From assembly GCF_018977255.1 (NCBI RefSeq), contig NW_024704742.1, forward strand, positions 126,916,001-126,980,000: DNA of 64,000 nucleotides, read 5' to 3'. This document shows, piece after piece, positions 49,890-63,506 of the stretch. Position 1 is the first letter of the stretch; each line of letters begins with the position of its first letter. Under the pieces are notes generated by a model. It did not search any database. It saw nothing but the letters and a program-made list of their open reading frames with translations, and had not been told where the DNA came from. This DNA is from Callorhinchus milii. Taxonomy: Eukaryota. Position numbers and translations under genes: made by a program.

Positions 49890-50615
49890 AGACTTCACTT
49901 GGTCAGCCATGCAGAAAACCATCACTTGAGAATATCCAAACCAGACAGAATTCCATCTATGTATGCCACTTACGCAAAGATTTCCTGGGGTCTTTAATGG
50001 AATCTCTCTCACTCTCTCCCTGAAAGGATACACCTGGCTCACCTAATTCCAGAGTGTATGAGACTCTTATAAAAAAATGTGGTCACTCAGTCAACGACTA
50101 TTTGTGGGACACTGCTGTGTGCAAGTGGCTGCCGCGTTTCGCCCACAAAATATACAGGCAATTCACGTTACAGTAAATTCTGTGAAGTGCTTTGAGACTT
50201 CTCAAACATGTTATACAGCAGTATATCAAATGCAAGAATTATTATCATTATTGGCTAGATCTAAGGTTGAGGACCTCAGAGTGTGTATTCATGTACTGTT
50301 GGAGTTTGACCAACAAAAAATGCAAAACATGCCATGAAGAGCACCGTCTGACAAGATTCCCACTGCTTGTCCAACAAGAACCACCTCACCTGTTGGGGTT
50401 ATGGCTTACAGGCTTAACAGAAGCTAACAGAATCCCTGCTCCCAGTGACTTGTTTACCTTTGCAACTGGTGATCCAAGCTGGCTGGTCTATCATCAGAAG
50501 TGCCTTGGAGTGCTGCAGACTTGCCAAGCTCAGGAACCAGACTGGGTTCCGATATTATGTTGTCAAGCACGTCACCTTGAAGCCTGCTCAGCTCCAAGAA
50601 AACCCTGATTACCTC
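49890..50615. repeat. Unclassified repeat, copy 2 (diverged), split by a SINE 3' half at about 50078-50250
   Basis: cacctaattccagagtg at about 50040, cccactgcttgtccaacaagaaccacc at about 50359 and cacgtcaccttgaagcc at about 50568 are collinear with the other copies. Confidence 0.75.
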
Positions 50616-53342
50616 CCCCAAAAGGAGGATAGGTTTGTCTGTACAAATCTCTTGTGGACAAGTAAAATTTGGTCATTATTTCATAGCTATCTGTGTGGTT
50701 ACTGCTGTGCTCAAATTGGCTACCAAGTTCACCTAAAAAATCCAAATCTTGTGAAGCACTTGGAGACAATTTCCTGATATAAAAGGTGCTGTATCAAATG
50801 CAAGAATTATTATTGTTAACCCTGTAAGTTTTAGGCTAGAAAGAAAAAAAATCAATGTGTGAAAGAGAAAGTTCAGAGAAAGAGAAAAGATGTTTTTGGT
50901 TAGCATAATTGCCTATTTGTACTTTGTGTGATGAACAATTATCCACATTGTTTCGTTATCTAGTGTGGCCAGTCCAAATTCAGTAATATTTAAGTTACCT
51001 AGATTCTTCCATCTACTAATAGGTAACATGCGTGTTTATGCAACAGTATACCAGACTTGTACAACACGAAACAAAAAAGAAATTCAAGGAGATATCGGAG
51101 GTTGTGGAGATTCCTGACTGACTCATGAAAGCAAGTCTACAGAAACTGCCATGCTGAGTGTGAAGTGATTCTCACAGTGTCCAGAGTAGAAAGTTTCAAA
51201 CTTAGAGTACTTCACATTATCCAAATGAGAACAGACATAAAATGTTACTGAAAGAGAAGCAGCAGAACTCTCTAGCTCTGTAACCTGTAAAGATGGCCAG
51301 GATAAAGGACTATTGATTAGAGGATTAACATCAGTCTTCACCACACTCGTACACAACAGTGAGCGTGTGCAAGATGACAAAATGTCTCAATCGCAGCACT
51401 GTGATGTCAAAATTGCATAATGCGACAACTAAGATTTAACAAAAGTGCATCCAAAAAGTCAATACTTATCACTCTGAACTCTGTTATTCATTCTTTCTCT
51501 CCATCCCCTCTCCAGAGATAACTTGTTTTGAGCACGTTTATTCTGTATGACTATTATAACCGATATCACATGCCGCAGTTTTGACTGCTAAATCTTTTAT
51601 GTGATTCTCTTCACATGGGTCTTAAATCTTTTTTATATACTGTCCAGGTGCAATCATTGAGGAAATCATTCAGTTGGTTCTCTGCCCACCCTTTAGGTGG
51701 AAGGCAGCTGAACTGTCCAGCAACATGGGGATTTAAAATGAATCACATTCATCACTACCACTGAGGGATCAGAAGGCAATGCGAGTAGCTTGCTGACAGA
51801 GTTCTGTTCCACTGTATGTGATTGTAGAGTTCAAGATGAAACGTATGAGGTTTACGATTCTTATTCCAAGCAGTCTTATAGTAGATGAGCATGTGGTTGA
51901 ATTTCGGAATGTTGGGCAATTCCAGACAACATACACAACTTCCCACCTGCTATTGTTAAATTACTCATCATCCTGCACAAAAGAACAATTCTAATTTTGG
52001 TCAAATTTTGTTTGATGGAGCATGTTTCAACAAAACAACAACTTGCATTTATATAGCGCCCTTTACACAGGATAGCTTCCTGGATGCTGATCTTTTCTTA
52101 AGTTTCTTAGCTTTGGCTGACCAGTAGTTATTGCATGCAGTTATCACATCTAAATTGCATTTAAAAGTCAAATGCAATTTAGGGGAAGGCTTTGTGTAAC
52201 ACAACGCAAAAGGATGCCTTCATGAACAGTCACACCTGGAACCAGCTTTAATGATGTGTTCTGGTGTCCTGTTTGTACCACTGACTTTTTTCTGAAGTTT
52301 CAAGGACATGTAACTCACAAGTACTGCTGGCATCACTGGATGTAGCAGTCAGTGAGGTAAGACTAGAAGTTTGATGTTCTTGCAAGGAAAATTATTTTCT
52401 TTTTGTGAAACAGTTTTCAAAAGATACTCCAAAATTGCACTCATTGCACTCACATCCACCCATTCAGTTTCCTAACAAAACACTTGGATTTTATTGCACT
52501 GCTCATATTTATCACCTCCTAACTCGTAATGCCACTCCCCTACCCTCCATTATTCCCGCACTTCCTGGCTGCAGTGAATTATAGGAAACATAGTCTTGAT
52601 CCGTCGACGCATGCACAGAAGAACTTAGTTTCCTGAGATTCAATGCGATCGCTTGCTGATATGACTTATCTGAGTTTTACTGTATTTAGTTCTTTGGCAG
52701 CTGTTGTCTCAGATTGCCATATTTTTTTCAATGACATAACACGAGTACAGTGAAGTACCATGACTAATGGGCAGATTCACTTTATGACCAAACAGGAAAC
52801 CGTAAACTGAATGACAGATAAAATGCCTAGAACAGCCTTCGATGAAGTAAATCTCCCACTGCAGTGATATAGCACTGCACATCTTCCATCAGTACAAAGT
52901 ACTCCTTTAGATCACAACAGAAGGTGCATAGTGCAATTCTACGAAATCTCCACAGGTTCACTGTTGTGCATATGTTGTACCTGTAAATTGTGCACATTCG
53001 CTGCAGATACAACACATTCACAACACCTCACAGTGTGAATAAAGTAACCAAGGGGCCTTAGCAATTAAATCGACAACAAAAGACCTCAGCCAGAACAGCA
53101 AATGGGAATATGAGCTCAGTCTCATGGTTCTCCCATGAAACATTATTTGAGCAACAAATACACTGAATTTAATTAAATTAAATGAAATAAGATGTGTTCA
53201 GCACAATATTTTACTGTATAAAGCAACATTCGTAACAGTTAATTTACCCTTTGAACACCTCATCTTCTAAACAACTGCAAACAATTAGTTGAAAACGTAT
53301 CAAAATTGCTTTTTTTTCTCCTCTTGCAATTCCTGCAATATA

Positions 53343-53692
53343 TGTAGCGTAATGGTTAGTGGGCTCGCTTCGCAAACGAGAGTACCTGGGTTCGATTCCA
53401 GGGTGGCGCAAAACCTTAGGCAAGTTTGCTTACTCCACATGCCAGATTTACCTAGCAGTAAATAGGAACCCAGTTGTTATTCGATTGGTGGGGGTAATAA
53501 ACCCTCCCACCAAAAAAATGTGGTTCACTCAATCCGTTACTGTTTGTGGGACACTGTTGTGCGCAATTGGCTGTCGAAGTTCACCACAAAATAGTCAATC
53601 TACTTTACAGTATATTCTGTGAACTGTTTTGTGACATCTCAATACTGCGATAAGATGCTATATCAAATGCAAGTATTATTTTATTATTATTA
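53343..53692 (+). mobile_element. tRNA-Ala SINE, long subfamily
   Basis: Head, central segment tttacctagcagtaaataggaaccc, body and tail. Confidence 0.85.
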
Positions 53693-55004
53693 TATATCAC
53701 AGACATTTTTGGCCAAAAGAAAGGCTTGTCAAAGTGAGCGAGTAACTTGGCTCATGAGCTCACAACATCCCCACATCCCCTACAGCAAAATACAGGTACT
53801 TAATGCTCACTTCCAATCCAAATTCTAAATTCTAAATTCCAATCTCTTTGATATGAACGGCAAAGCAAACAGAATGGATTTAAACACCGCTACCAATAAC
53901 ACTCCTGATTGAGTACTGTATTAGAAGCCTTTTAAATATTCTCACTGCTTCTTACCATTTGGAAGGAAGCCAGCAGCACAACTGTGACAACATACATAAT
54001 ACAGTCACTACACTATATCGTGTATCCTCTGAAGTGCTTTGAGACATCCTCCTGATATGAAGGTACATTATCAAATGCAAGGATTATTTATTATGTGCAA
54101 CTGAAGCATTTTAGTGAGCACTCCTTTATCCATTCATAACAATCAAAACAATAAATCTGACTCTGCACAATACAATTTACATTTATACAGCACCTTTTAC
54201 ATCAAGAGATGTCTCAAAGCACTTTACACTGCTGGCTGGACACCGAGTTGGGGGATCGGAATCGAACAGGTGAAGGAAGCGAAGATGAATGAAGGCTTTA
54301 GTATAATTCAGCTAGATCTGGCAGTTTTTCCCTGAGATCTCAATTAAGCCACATGCGTACCCTTGACTTGAGGAAGTGGTGATGGCTGCCAGGGAGGACT
54401 TGCAGGGTTAACAGGTGGTGTAAGTTACGATGTTGAGAATGGTGATGAGGAAGATATACAGGTGGGTGACAGAGGAGGTATGTTTGAGATAGGCAATGGA
54501 GGGTACGAAAAAGACTTGAGAGCAATAGAGGTGCGGAAAATTATTTTTTCCCAAACAGACAGACATGTTAAATACTCGACAGCACGTATGTACGTGTTAA
54601 TGGAACGTTTCAAAGAAAACTGACAAGTACACTAAAGACTTTGACACCAACTATTCCACTGTGTTTGTAGGCAAATGCAGCAGCTGTTTGCTTGAGCAAT
54701 TTCCCAAAAAACAGGAATAGACAATCCTGGAGGATTGTTGGCCAAGAAAATGAAAGAAACTTTTTTTCAAATAATGCCATTAGATTATGAATGTCCAGCT
54801 GAAAAAACGACAAACAACGCCTTGACTTAACATCTCAAGAGATGGAAGGAAATGATGAGGAATTAAATCTGGCTTATATATAATAATCCTTGCATCTGAT
54901 ACAGCACCTTAACACTGAAATACCTCAAAGCACTTCATAGGATTCACTGTGAAGTGTTGTGACCATTTGCAGATGAATTTTTTTAATATAAATTACATTT
55001 TTGG

Positions 55005-55705
55005 GGCAGTCAGCTGGGTGTCTGACACATGTAGAAATCCATCACCATGCTTAACAGTGTCCAAACCAAACAGAGTTCCATGCATTCGATCTACACATGG
55101 AAATTCCAGAGATATTTATTGGAAAGGAATGCCCAGCCTCTCCCTAGAGGGATGCATCCTGCTTACCTAATTCCAGAAAGTATTTGGTGCAGGTTGGCAA
55201 GAGCTAAGACAGTGGTTTTAAAAAAAAATTGGTCAGCCAGGTGTCCTGACACATGGAAACCCATCACCATGCTTAAGAGTATTCAAACTAAACTGAGAAT
55301 TCCATGCATCGCACCTTCACATCGAAATTCCAGAGATAGATTGTTGGAATGGAATGTGCACTCTCTCCCGGAGGGACGCAGTCTGCTTACCTAATTCCAG
55401 AAAGTATTTGGCACAGATTGCCAAGAGCTAAGGCTTGAAGACCCCCGAGTGGGCATTGGGGTATTGCTGGAGTATAACCAGCTAAAACCACATAGCTTGC
55501 CATTGATAGGTCTGACTGGCAAGCTTTCCCGCTGCTTGTCCAGCTAGGACCACCCTACCCATTAGGGCTTTAGCTTACTGAGTGAGAAGAGTTCCTGCCC
55601 CCAGTGACTGGTCTGGCCTTCCAAGTCCTGCAGATGAGCCAGGCTGGCTGTGCTGTCATCAGCAGTGCCCTGGAGTCTTGTGGATCTGCCTGGCTGAGAA
55701 TTGAG
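55005..55705. repeat. Unclassified repeat: partial copy (55005-55210) in tandem with copy 3 (55230-55705)
   Basis: ctgcttacctaattccagaaagtatttgg occurs at about 55159 and about 55383; reverse complement of 12312-12900. Confidence 0.85.
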
Positions 55706-56184
55706 ATATATATTTCATGTATATATATATATATACACTGTATATATATGTGAAAATATTTAAAGTATAGTAGAGCTCGGCTCTTGAAGCTTAATTTAGC
55801 CAGTCAAATCATTAAGTTAAGAACAACACAGCCGAGTCTGATTACAGTATCCAGGGACTCAAGCACAAACAGATCAGATCGTACAGTGAAAGCTGAACAG
55901 TTTAAGCTGCCTTATTTTAAATCCTGATGGTTTCCTTCATAGGCCATTGCTTTAATAACCAGTTCAAATAAGAGACCAAACTGTTCACAACCTCCGCACC
56001 GCAGTGATAACGCAGATATAATTTCCATATCTTAATTCTTGCTTAACATTACTTCTAATCAGAGAATCCAACTTGACATCCCATTTAATGGGTTAAGTGC
56101 AGTACTGGATGACATATTAAGAAAAAGGTCATCAAGGACAATAAATATGTTGTCTGCTTTCCTCTATTGTTCACCTGGCACTCA

Positions 56185-56948
56185 CCCTCACTAAGCCAGT
56201 CAGGAACCAGGATGTCTTGTTTGACCCTGAACTGTCCTTTCTTCCCCACATCCGCGCCATGACCGGCACTGCCTACCACCACCTCCGCAACATTGCCAGA
56301 CTCCGCCACTGCCTCACCCCTCAGGCTGCCGAAACCCTTAATCAAGCATTCGTCACATCAAGGCTCGATTACGGAAACTCCCTCCTCATCGGCCTTCCCA
56401 ACGCTTCCCTTCACAGGCTGCAGATCATCCAAAACTCTGCAGCTCATGTACTCTCACGCACCAGGCTCCGTGACCCCATCATTCCCACTCTCACCCGACT
56501 CCACTGGCTCCCCATCCCTCAGAGGATCGAGTTCCAGATCGTCGTCCTCACTTTCAAGGCCATCCATGGCCTTGTCCCCTCCTACCTCTCTACCTGCTAA
56601 CTCCCTACCAACCTGCCCGCTCCCTCCGTTCAGCGGGCTCCGATCTGCTCCATGTCTCCCGCCCGACCCGCCCTACCATCGGTGGCCGGGCTTTCAGCTT
56701 CTCTGCCCCTACACTCTGGAACTCCATCCCACAGTCCCTTTGCCTCGCTTCCTCCCTCGCCTCCTTTAAGGCCGGTCTCGACCCTTCTCTCCGATCTTGC
56801 CTTTGGTCACTTTCCCACCTCTCTGCCTTCCCTCAACTCTACACCACCCCTCCCCAATGCTTGGGCCGTGACACCTGACTGTTTAGCGCTTGGGGACATC
56901 CTCCCGACGTGAAAGGCGCTCTATAAATGTAATTTTGTTGTTGTTGTT
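56185..56948 (+). mobile_element. 5'-truncated L2
   Basis: FDPELSFLPHIRA...TSRLDYGNSLL...RLHWLPIPQRIEF; (TTG)n tail. Confidence 0.92.
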
Positions 56949-58127
56949 GGATGAGATAAAGAGAATTTTTCAATGCAACAATGGTACACATAACAACTGC
57001 TTCTATTTTACGTTTCAGCAGCCATTATTTTGTAGGCACTTGGTAAACAGGAATAGAACGACTAATCTGTGACCACCTATGGGACAGACCACAGGCGATC
57101 TCCAAAATCAAATTCCCTCACTGAACGTCAGGCTGGAAGCAGTTTTATTTTCTGCAATTGTAATAGGATGCATTTTGTTACATGGAGCTTAATATTTTCA
57201 AACACACTGTGTTACTTTTGAAGCTGAACCATGCAGTGCTATAAGTAACTCGTAATTTCACGATTTAGGGGAACTAATGTTGCATGCACTTAGTTGATTA
57301 TCCATACACATGTGCTAAACGTCTGCTGGAAATTGCAGCTCTTTGTGTATATTTTCCACTATCTAGTTTATTTATTGAAGCATTAAGCACAAAACGGATG
57401 CTCTAAAATGTACTTCTTAATACCTTACACCGAGGGAATCCATGCTAATGAAATGAGAACCTCTCGATTCAATACAGATTTTTATTTCAAAATATTAATT
57501 TTATGTAGTTAGATGGAGCAGTCATGGGATTGGAATTTGGTCCACAATCCCTGCTTCCAATTATGTACTAACTAGATTATTAGGAGGTAATCAGGATGCT
57601 GATGGTCACCCGATTCAACTTTCAGCATTGTCACAGACGTCAAGGTAGTAAAGGTGATGCTCCTGCTTCCAACTCCCAGAGGTTTCAAGTGGAGTGTTCT
57701 GTCATTTACATTGGCAACACATCTCAAGCAGATTTGGTCCCTGCATATATTTCTATACTGTACCACTCTAATGAGGTCTCAAGTATCCAGCAGCTCTTAA
57801 TTACACAGTTAGACTTGGTTTACCTGAACACAAATGTGCAATCTTATTTTGTTGTGGGCTGCTTATCATTAGATTAATGCAATTCCATTAAAAAATACAG
57901 AAGCAAGAGAAATGCAGCAGAGTACAATATTAGCTTTTTGAAAGCAAAAAACACCTGAGCAAACTGTGTACCAACAATTTTGAATAAGAAGACTCATCTA
58001 AGAGTCTGACAGCGAAGATATCCTATATTGCTCTCACTTGATATCTGCCCATTTTGCTTGAGCACAAGTATTTTAAAATGTCCTAGACAGCACCATTGAA
58101 ACTGTTGGTGTCTGAGCAAGGAAACCA

Positions 58128-58258
58128 CTATCATAGAATCATAGAATTATACAGCACAGAAGGAGGCCATTTGGCCCATCATATCTGTGCCGGTTCTATG
58201 AAAAGAGCTATCCAATTCAATCCCACTCCCCCGCGCTCTCCCCATAGCCCTGCAAACT
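58128..58258 (-). mobile_element. CR1 3' UTR fragment
   Basis: (atcataga)2 tail; matches 43655-43770. Confidence 0.8.
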
Positions 58259-59079
58259 TGACACAAGTGTATGAAGCAATCAAAATTCTGTTGCCTATCA
58301 TTGAACCCAACTACTTTCATCCACATTTTTCCATTTGTCCCTTTATCTAGCAAATATTTCTGGAGTTACGTTCTCAATAAAGCATTTTGGCTTTCGTTCC
58401 TTGACCACAACAAATGGATTTCTCTTCTCAGAGGCATTAACATTACAGCAGAGAGCAATCTGTGGAACTCTCTGAACCTATAATCAATCAGCGTCAATGC
58501 TACAACCAGAATGTGAGTCTGGTCAGTAGAAAAGGGTCAATTTCATATAGGTGTAGATATAGGACATATTTCCTTTAAACTTCCTAGTCACATAAACTGG
58601 ATAGGCTGAATATTCTGCTTTCTTATACTGGGATTAATATTGAAAATGGCAGATCAATTTATTAAATTGATCCTTTAACCTGACCCTGAAACAATTTTTT
58701 TTACTGATTTATAGAGTTGTAGATTGAAGATAAATGCTTGTTTCTCGTATTTCTCCTCATGAATGTCCTACTCTGCTCATCAGTGGTGTTCTACGTACTG
58801 TACCAACCTTTCTCACCAGACAAGAACACAGTTTCCACTCGAGGGGGAAAGTGGCGGATTCAGATAGCCCCAGTCAACGGCAAAAGAAGTAAGAGAAGGG
58901 AAATCCTGCCATTGCTTTGACATTGGTCTCAGTGAACTAGGGAGATCAGGTGCATTTGCTGAGCGATTCCAAAAGCACATCAGTACAAAAACATATTAGT
59001 TTGTAAACTAAATGTTAATTAGTTGGCTCAAACATCTTACAAACTGGTCAAGAAATCTAAGTAAAATAATAAAAATACT

Positions 59080-59430
59080 AATGGCACCTAATATGTCAAA
59101 ACCTCTCAAAGTGTTTTACAGAAATTTCAGTCATGTGTGGTGACTGTGCATTGGTTGGTAAACTCAGAAGCTAAATTCCGTATAGCGAGGTCCAACAAAT
59201 AGCAATGAAGTAAATGACCAATTTTACTTAGAGGACTGTTAACCAGGGCAGTAGGAGAAACTGCCTTCGCTTTTCAAAGAGCTCCACAGGATATTTAACT
59301 TTCAGGCAACCAACAGGCTAGGAGCTAGGTTTATAATTTATCCAAAGAACGGCACCATCAGTAATGCAGCACTTTGAATTTAAACTCACAGTCTTCAGAC
59401 ACGTAAACAAAAGTGCTATCAACTGAGCCA
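59080..59430 (-). mobile_element. Old DeuSINE relic
   Basis: Decayed reverse complement of the Deu domain (atttatccaaagaacggcacc...aatgcagcac). Confidence 0.6.
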
Positions 59431-60056
59431 GGCCTCTCCTTATAGAAATAGCCTTGTGGGCCTTTCCATTTGTCCCATGATTTAGCAAATTTACTGTCAA
59501 CAACCTTGTCTTCAAACACAATCCAAGGAAGTAAATTAGACTTTTGTGAACAATTACTTAAGTGGTTAATTGACTGATGCTTAACACTGGTTTACCTGCA
59601 CTGATTGAGAATCTCACAGTCAGGTCCACTAGATTTTTCTACTTCCTGATAATGTATGAAAAGGGCACAGTAACAAGTAAGTTAGGCACCTTTTGAGTTG
59701 ATTAACAGAATAATTATAGAAATAACAAACAGCATAGATTTATGCCATGAATAAAACAATTTCAATCAAGAAGATTTATTTTATTGGCCAACCAAAGAAA
59801 TTGTTCACTACTGACTTAAGGTTGAGTACTCAAGATTTTACTGTACAATACAAATTTACATTTATATAGTGATCATGTCAGGAGGATGTCCCAAGGCACT
59901 GGGTGAGCACCTGAACTGGGTGGGATCCGAGAGGGGTGATGAGGGGAAAGATGAACACAGTGCAGTCCAAGAGGAATGTCTTGAGACAGAGCTTGAAAGA
60001 GTAAGTGATAAAGTGTTGTGCAGCACGCCATACAAAATGCAGCATAGAGCAATCCT

Positions 60057-60266
60057 TAATAATAATAATCCTTGCATTTTGATGTAGCGCTTTTCACGTC
60101 TTCCAGACGTCCCAAAGCGCTTCACAGAATATACTGTAAAGTGAATTGACTGTATATTTGTGGGCGAACACAGCAGCCAATTGCGCACAGCAGTGTCCCA
60201 CAAACAGTCATGGATTGAAAATGACCAATTTATTATTGTTTTTGTTTTTTTGGAGGGATTGTTATT
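60057..60266 (-). mobile_element. 5'-truncated SINE
   Basis: Consensus body and tail. Confidence 0.88.
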
Positions 60267-60794
60267 AGCAACCTATTAGGTTATTAGCAACCTAAGTTCA
60301 AGGGTAAAGGACTACATTTTCCTTAGTGCAGCCAAGGGTATTAATAATAATAATCCTTGCATTTCATATAGTGCCTCATCACATCATTGAGACGTCTCAA
60401 AGTGCTAACACGCGAACCTATACTCTATTGTATATCTCATGCTCTGTCATAGCCCCACACTGTATCAGAAATCAAACATTTATAGCATTGGAGGAGGACA
60501 GTTAGCAAATTGCATCTGTCCTGACATTAGTTAGCTCTCCCACTGGAGTCCTCCACTCTATTCCCAATCACCCACTCTTTCCTCATAACCTCATATTTTT
60601 ATTCATCAAGTTCCCTCAAAAGTGCTATAATACACTCTGTTTTACCAACCATTCTTGGTAAAGAATTCCACATTCCAAAAAGCCTTTGTGTAATTAAAAT
60701 TTTGCTATCTTTTACCCTCTGGTGATCATCCGCAAATTTATTTCCACTTAACGTTTGCTTCTTAAAATTAAATGTGTCCAATTATTGTCAGTCA

Positions 60795-61540
60795 GCCTAG
60801 TTCAGTCTGACCTCTGAGTCAGAAGGTTGCAGGTTCAGGCTCCATGTCAGTGTTTCAATTCACACAGTCCAGGCTGACGATTAGTCCTGGGAATGCGCTT
60901 CATTGTTGGAGGTACCGTCCTTCAGTTAAGCCATTAAGTTGAGCTCCCAGCTGCCTGTTCAGGTGCATAATAATAATAATAATCCTTGCATTTGATATAG
61001 CGCTTTTCACGTCGGGAGGACGTCCCAAAGCACTTCACAGAACACACTGTAAAGTGAATTGACTGTATATTTGTGGGCGAACGCAGCAGCCAATTGCGCA
61101 CAGCAATGTCCCACAAACAGTCGTAGATTGAAAATGATCAATCTATTATTGTTTTGGGTTTTGGAGGGATTATTATTAGGCTCTGTGTGGAGTAAGGAAA
61201 CTTGCCCAAGGTTTCGCCCTGTGCCTGGAATTGAACTCAGGTCTCTCGCTTGTAAAGCGAGTGCTCTAACCACTGAGCTACAGGACTCCACATGTTATAG
61301 ATCCCATTGCACTGTTCGAAAGGTGAAGGGAGTTTCTCCTGGTGTCCAAGCCACAATTTTATCCTTGTGATAAAATTGGTTATTCAACTTATGGCTGTTT
61401 GTAGAACATTGCTGTCTGCAATGACTGCTGTGCTTACCAACAAAGTACACAGTCACTACAATTCACGCCAAATCCTGTGAAGCACTTTGAGATGTCCTTG
61501 TGGCGTAAAAGGCGCAATATCAAATGCAAGGATTCTTATT
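60795..61540 (+). mobile_element. DeuSINE split by a younger SINE
   Basis: The Deu domain breaks at tcaggtgcat| and resumes at |catgttatagatcccattgcactgttcgaa. Confidence 0.75.
60967..61289 (-). mobile_element. Full-length tRNA-derived SINE
   Basis: Consensus match. Confidence 0.9.
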
Positions 61541-61611
61541 ATTCTTTTACGCCTGGAGCAGCCACTATTTGGCTGAGCTGGTGCTGTTTGATAGGTTCAT
61601 TGTCCTCTCAA

Positions 61612-61779
61612 ACAAAAACAGAAGTCGCTGGGAACACTCAGCAGGTCAGGCAGCATCTATGGAGAAAGGAAAGTGAGTCAACGATTTGGATCCAAGACCC
61701 TTTGTTAGAACTCTGATGAAGGGTCTTGGACCCTAGTTCTGATGAAGATTTCCAGCATCTACAATATTTTGTGTTTTGT
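61612..61779. mobile_element. Penelope-like pseudo-LTR-derived palindromic insertion with 16-bp TSD
   Basis: TTCATTGTCCTCTCAA at 61596-61611 and 61780-61795; central inverted repeat tccaagaccct/agggtcttgga; CTGATGA at 61713 and 61739. Confidence 0.75.
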
Positions 61780-62859
61780 TTCATTGTCCTCTCAAGTGGC
61801 TATTGTTCAAGTGTGAGCTTTCGAAGTGGGAACATCACAGTCGAACCTTTCCTCTCCTCGCACAATGCACAGCCTGTAGAGGGTGCTACAGAGAGACCAG
61901 AAATAGGAATCCTCGCCACTTTTCCTCTCTGCTGCCAATTTAACCTACCAATCCAGATCCAAATGAGACCAGCAAACTCAGCATGAACCAGGATTTGCAT
62001 CAGTGAGCGACTTGTCTCTATGCTGCAGCAGCTTTGTATACTCCACCAACGAAGATGCCTCATTATTAACTTGGTTAAGATGGAAGATCCGCATCCTTCC
62101 CACCATGCTAACGAATAACCAAACCAGACTGAGAGATCCACATATGTATGCCAGTCACACCTCCCCCATCTAAATAAATGTGGCTCTAAACTAGCCACTG
62201 GAAAGTACACAAAAACAGCTCCCAATGATCTTCCTTCCTGCGGGAGAAGCATTGGAGCTGTATTTAATGCTCCAACAGCAGTGTGACTAAAATAGCAACT
62301 CCAAGCATTCCAAGGCGATCAGGAAAGAGATAATGGGTACAAGACAACATTTCACCACTGAGCTGAAGACACGGTTGCCCTCTGTGCTCGACAACACCTC
62401 TTTAATGAGGGTTGGACAATGAAGTTGGATGATTCTTAACAAGCTCTCGCTCCAAGAAATGTGGATGGCAAGAAAGATTCTGACATTTTGTTTCAAAAGC
62501 AAGTTGAAATGGGCAGAAATGAACAATTGAGTCTCTCACTGAATGTGAAGAGAGAGAGCACTCGTGGCATTCAGCCCACCACAACAAACAACTCTATGTT
62601 TAATTACGTTCTACAACAGCTGGTGTGCTCAGTCAGTACAGCATCAATATTTAATAGGCAGGTCTATTGGGATGTCTATGTTGGGAGTTTTTGCCACTGT
62701 TTGCATTTATTGACTGAAAGATAGCATTGCAGATTCTATCACTCAAATATCATTACCATGCTGCAGTTCGCCTTGTTAGATAGATATAATCCAATTCATC
62801 TCTCAGATTTTGTAATATGAAAGTGATTCATAATGATTGCCCAACTCCGTCTGTACCTC

Positions 62860-63506
62860 ACAACCATCGCAGCCAAAACCCCATCCACGTCCCCTCTCCC
62901 ACCCGGCCACCGCCCCACTACCGCCCTGCCTTCATCACTTCCCGGCTGGTCTATTTCAATGCCCTCCTCGCTGGGCTCCCCAGCTCCACCATACACAAAA
63001 TTCAATTAATCCAAAACTCCGCACCTGGATACTCACCCACACAAAACTCCATACCACCATCACACCGGTCCTTGCCAGGCTCCACTGGCTCTCAATTAAT
63101 AAATGGATCGAGTTCAAGATCCTCTCACTCATTTTCAATCCCTTCATGCCCTCGCACCTCCCTACCTATTCAATTTGCATTGTTATTATTATGCATACCC
63201 CCCCATTCCACCACCCTCTGCTTGGCTAGCTCCAGTCTCCTATTTGTCCCTCATGCCCTCCACATCACCATCACTGGCCGTGCCTTCAGCAACTACGCCC
63301 CAAAATTCTGGAACACTCTCCTTCAACCCCTCTGCCTTGCCCCTTCCCTCCCCACTTTCAAATCCCACCTAAAGACCTACCTGTTTGATCGTGCTTAAGG
63401 TTACCTCCCCCCTCCCCCTCCCCCTGCTCACCACTGCCAAGCGCTCCGGGACGTTACCCCATGTGAAGGGCACCATATAATGCGAGTTGTTGTTGCTGTT
63501 GTTGTT
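62860..63506 (+). mobile_element. L2 3' fragment
   Basis: AFITSRLVYFNALLAGLP...RAFSNYAPKFWNTL...FKSHLKTYLFDRA. Confidence 0.88.

Noticed and set aside
58679..58703. Possible UNC13 micro-exon (cag|TAAAAAAAATTGTTTCAGGGTCAG|gt)
   Set aside because: 24 nt rather than the expected 30, no polypyrimidine tract, and the in-frame peptide does not match VK.AK..G.P.
61800..62252. 150-aa minus-strand ORF
   Set aside because: No recognisable domain or splice context; Trp/Cys-rich composition typical of non-coding frames.
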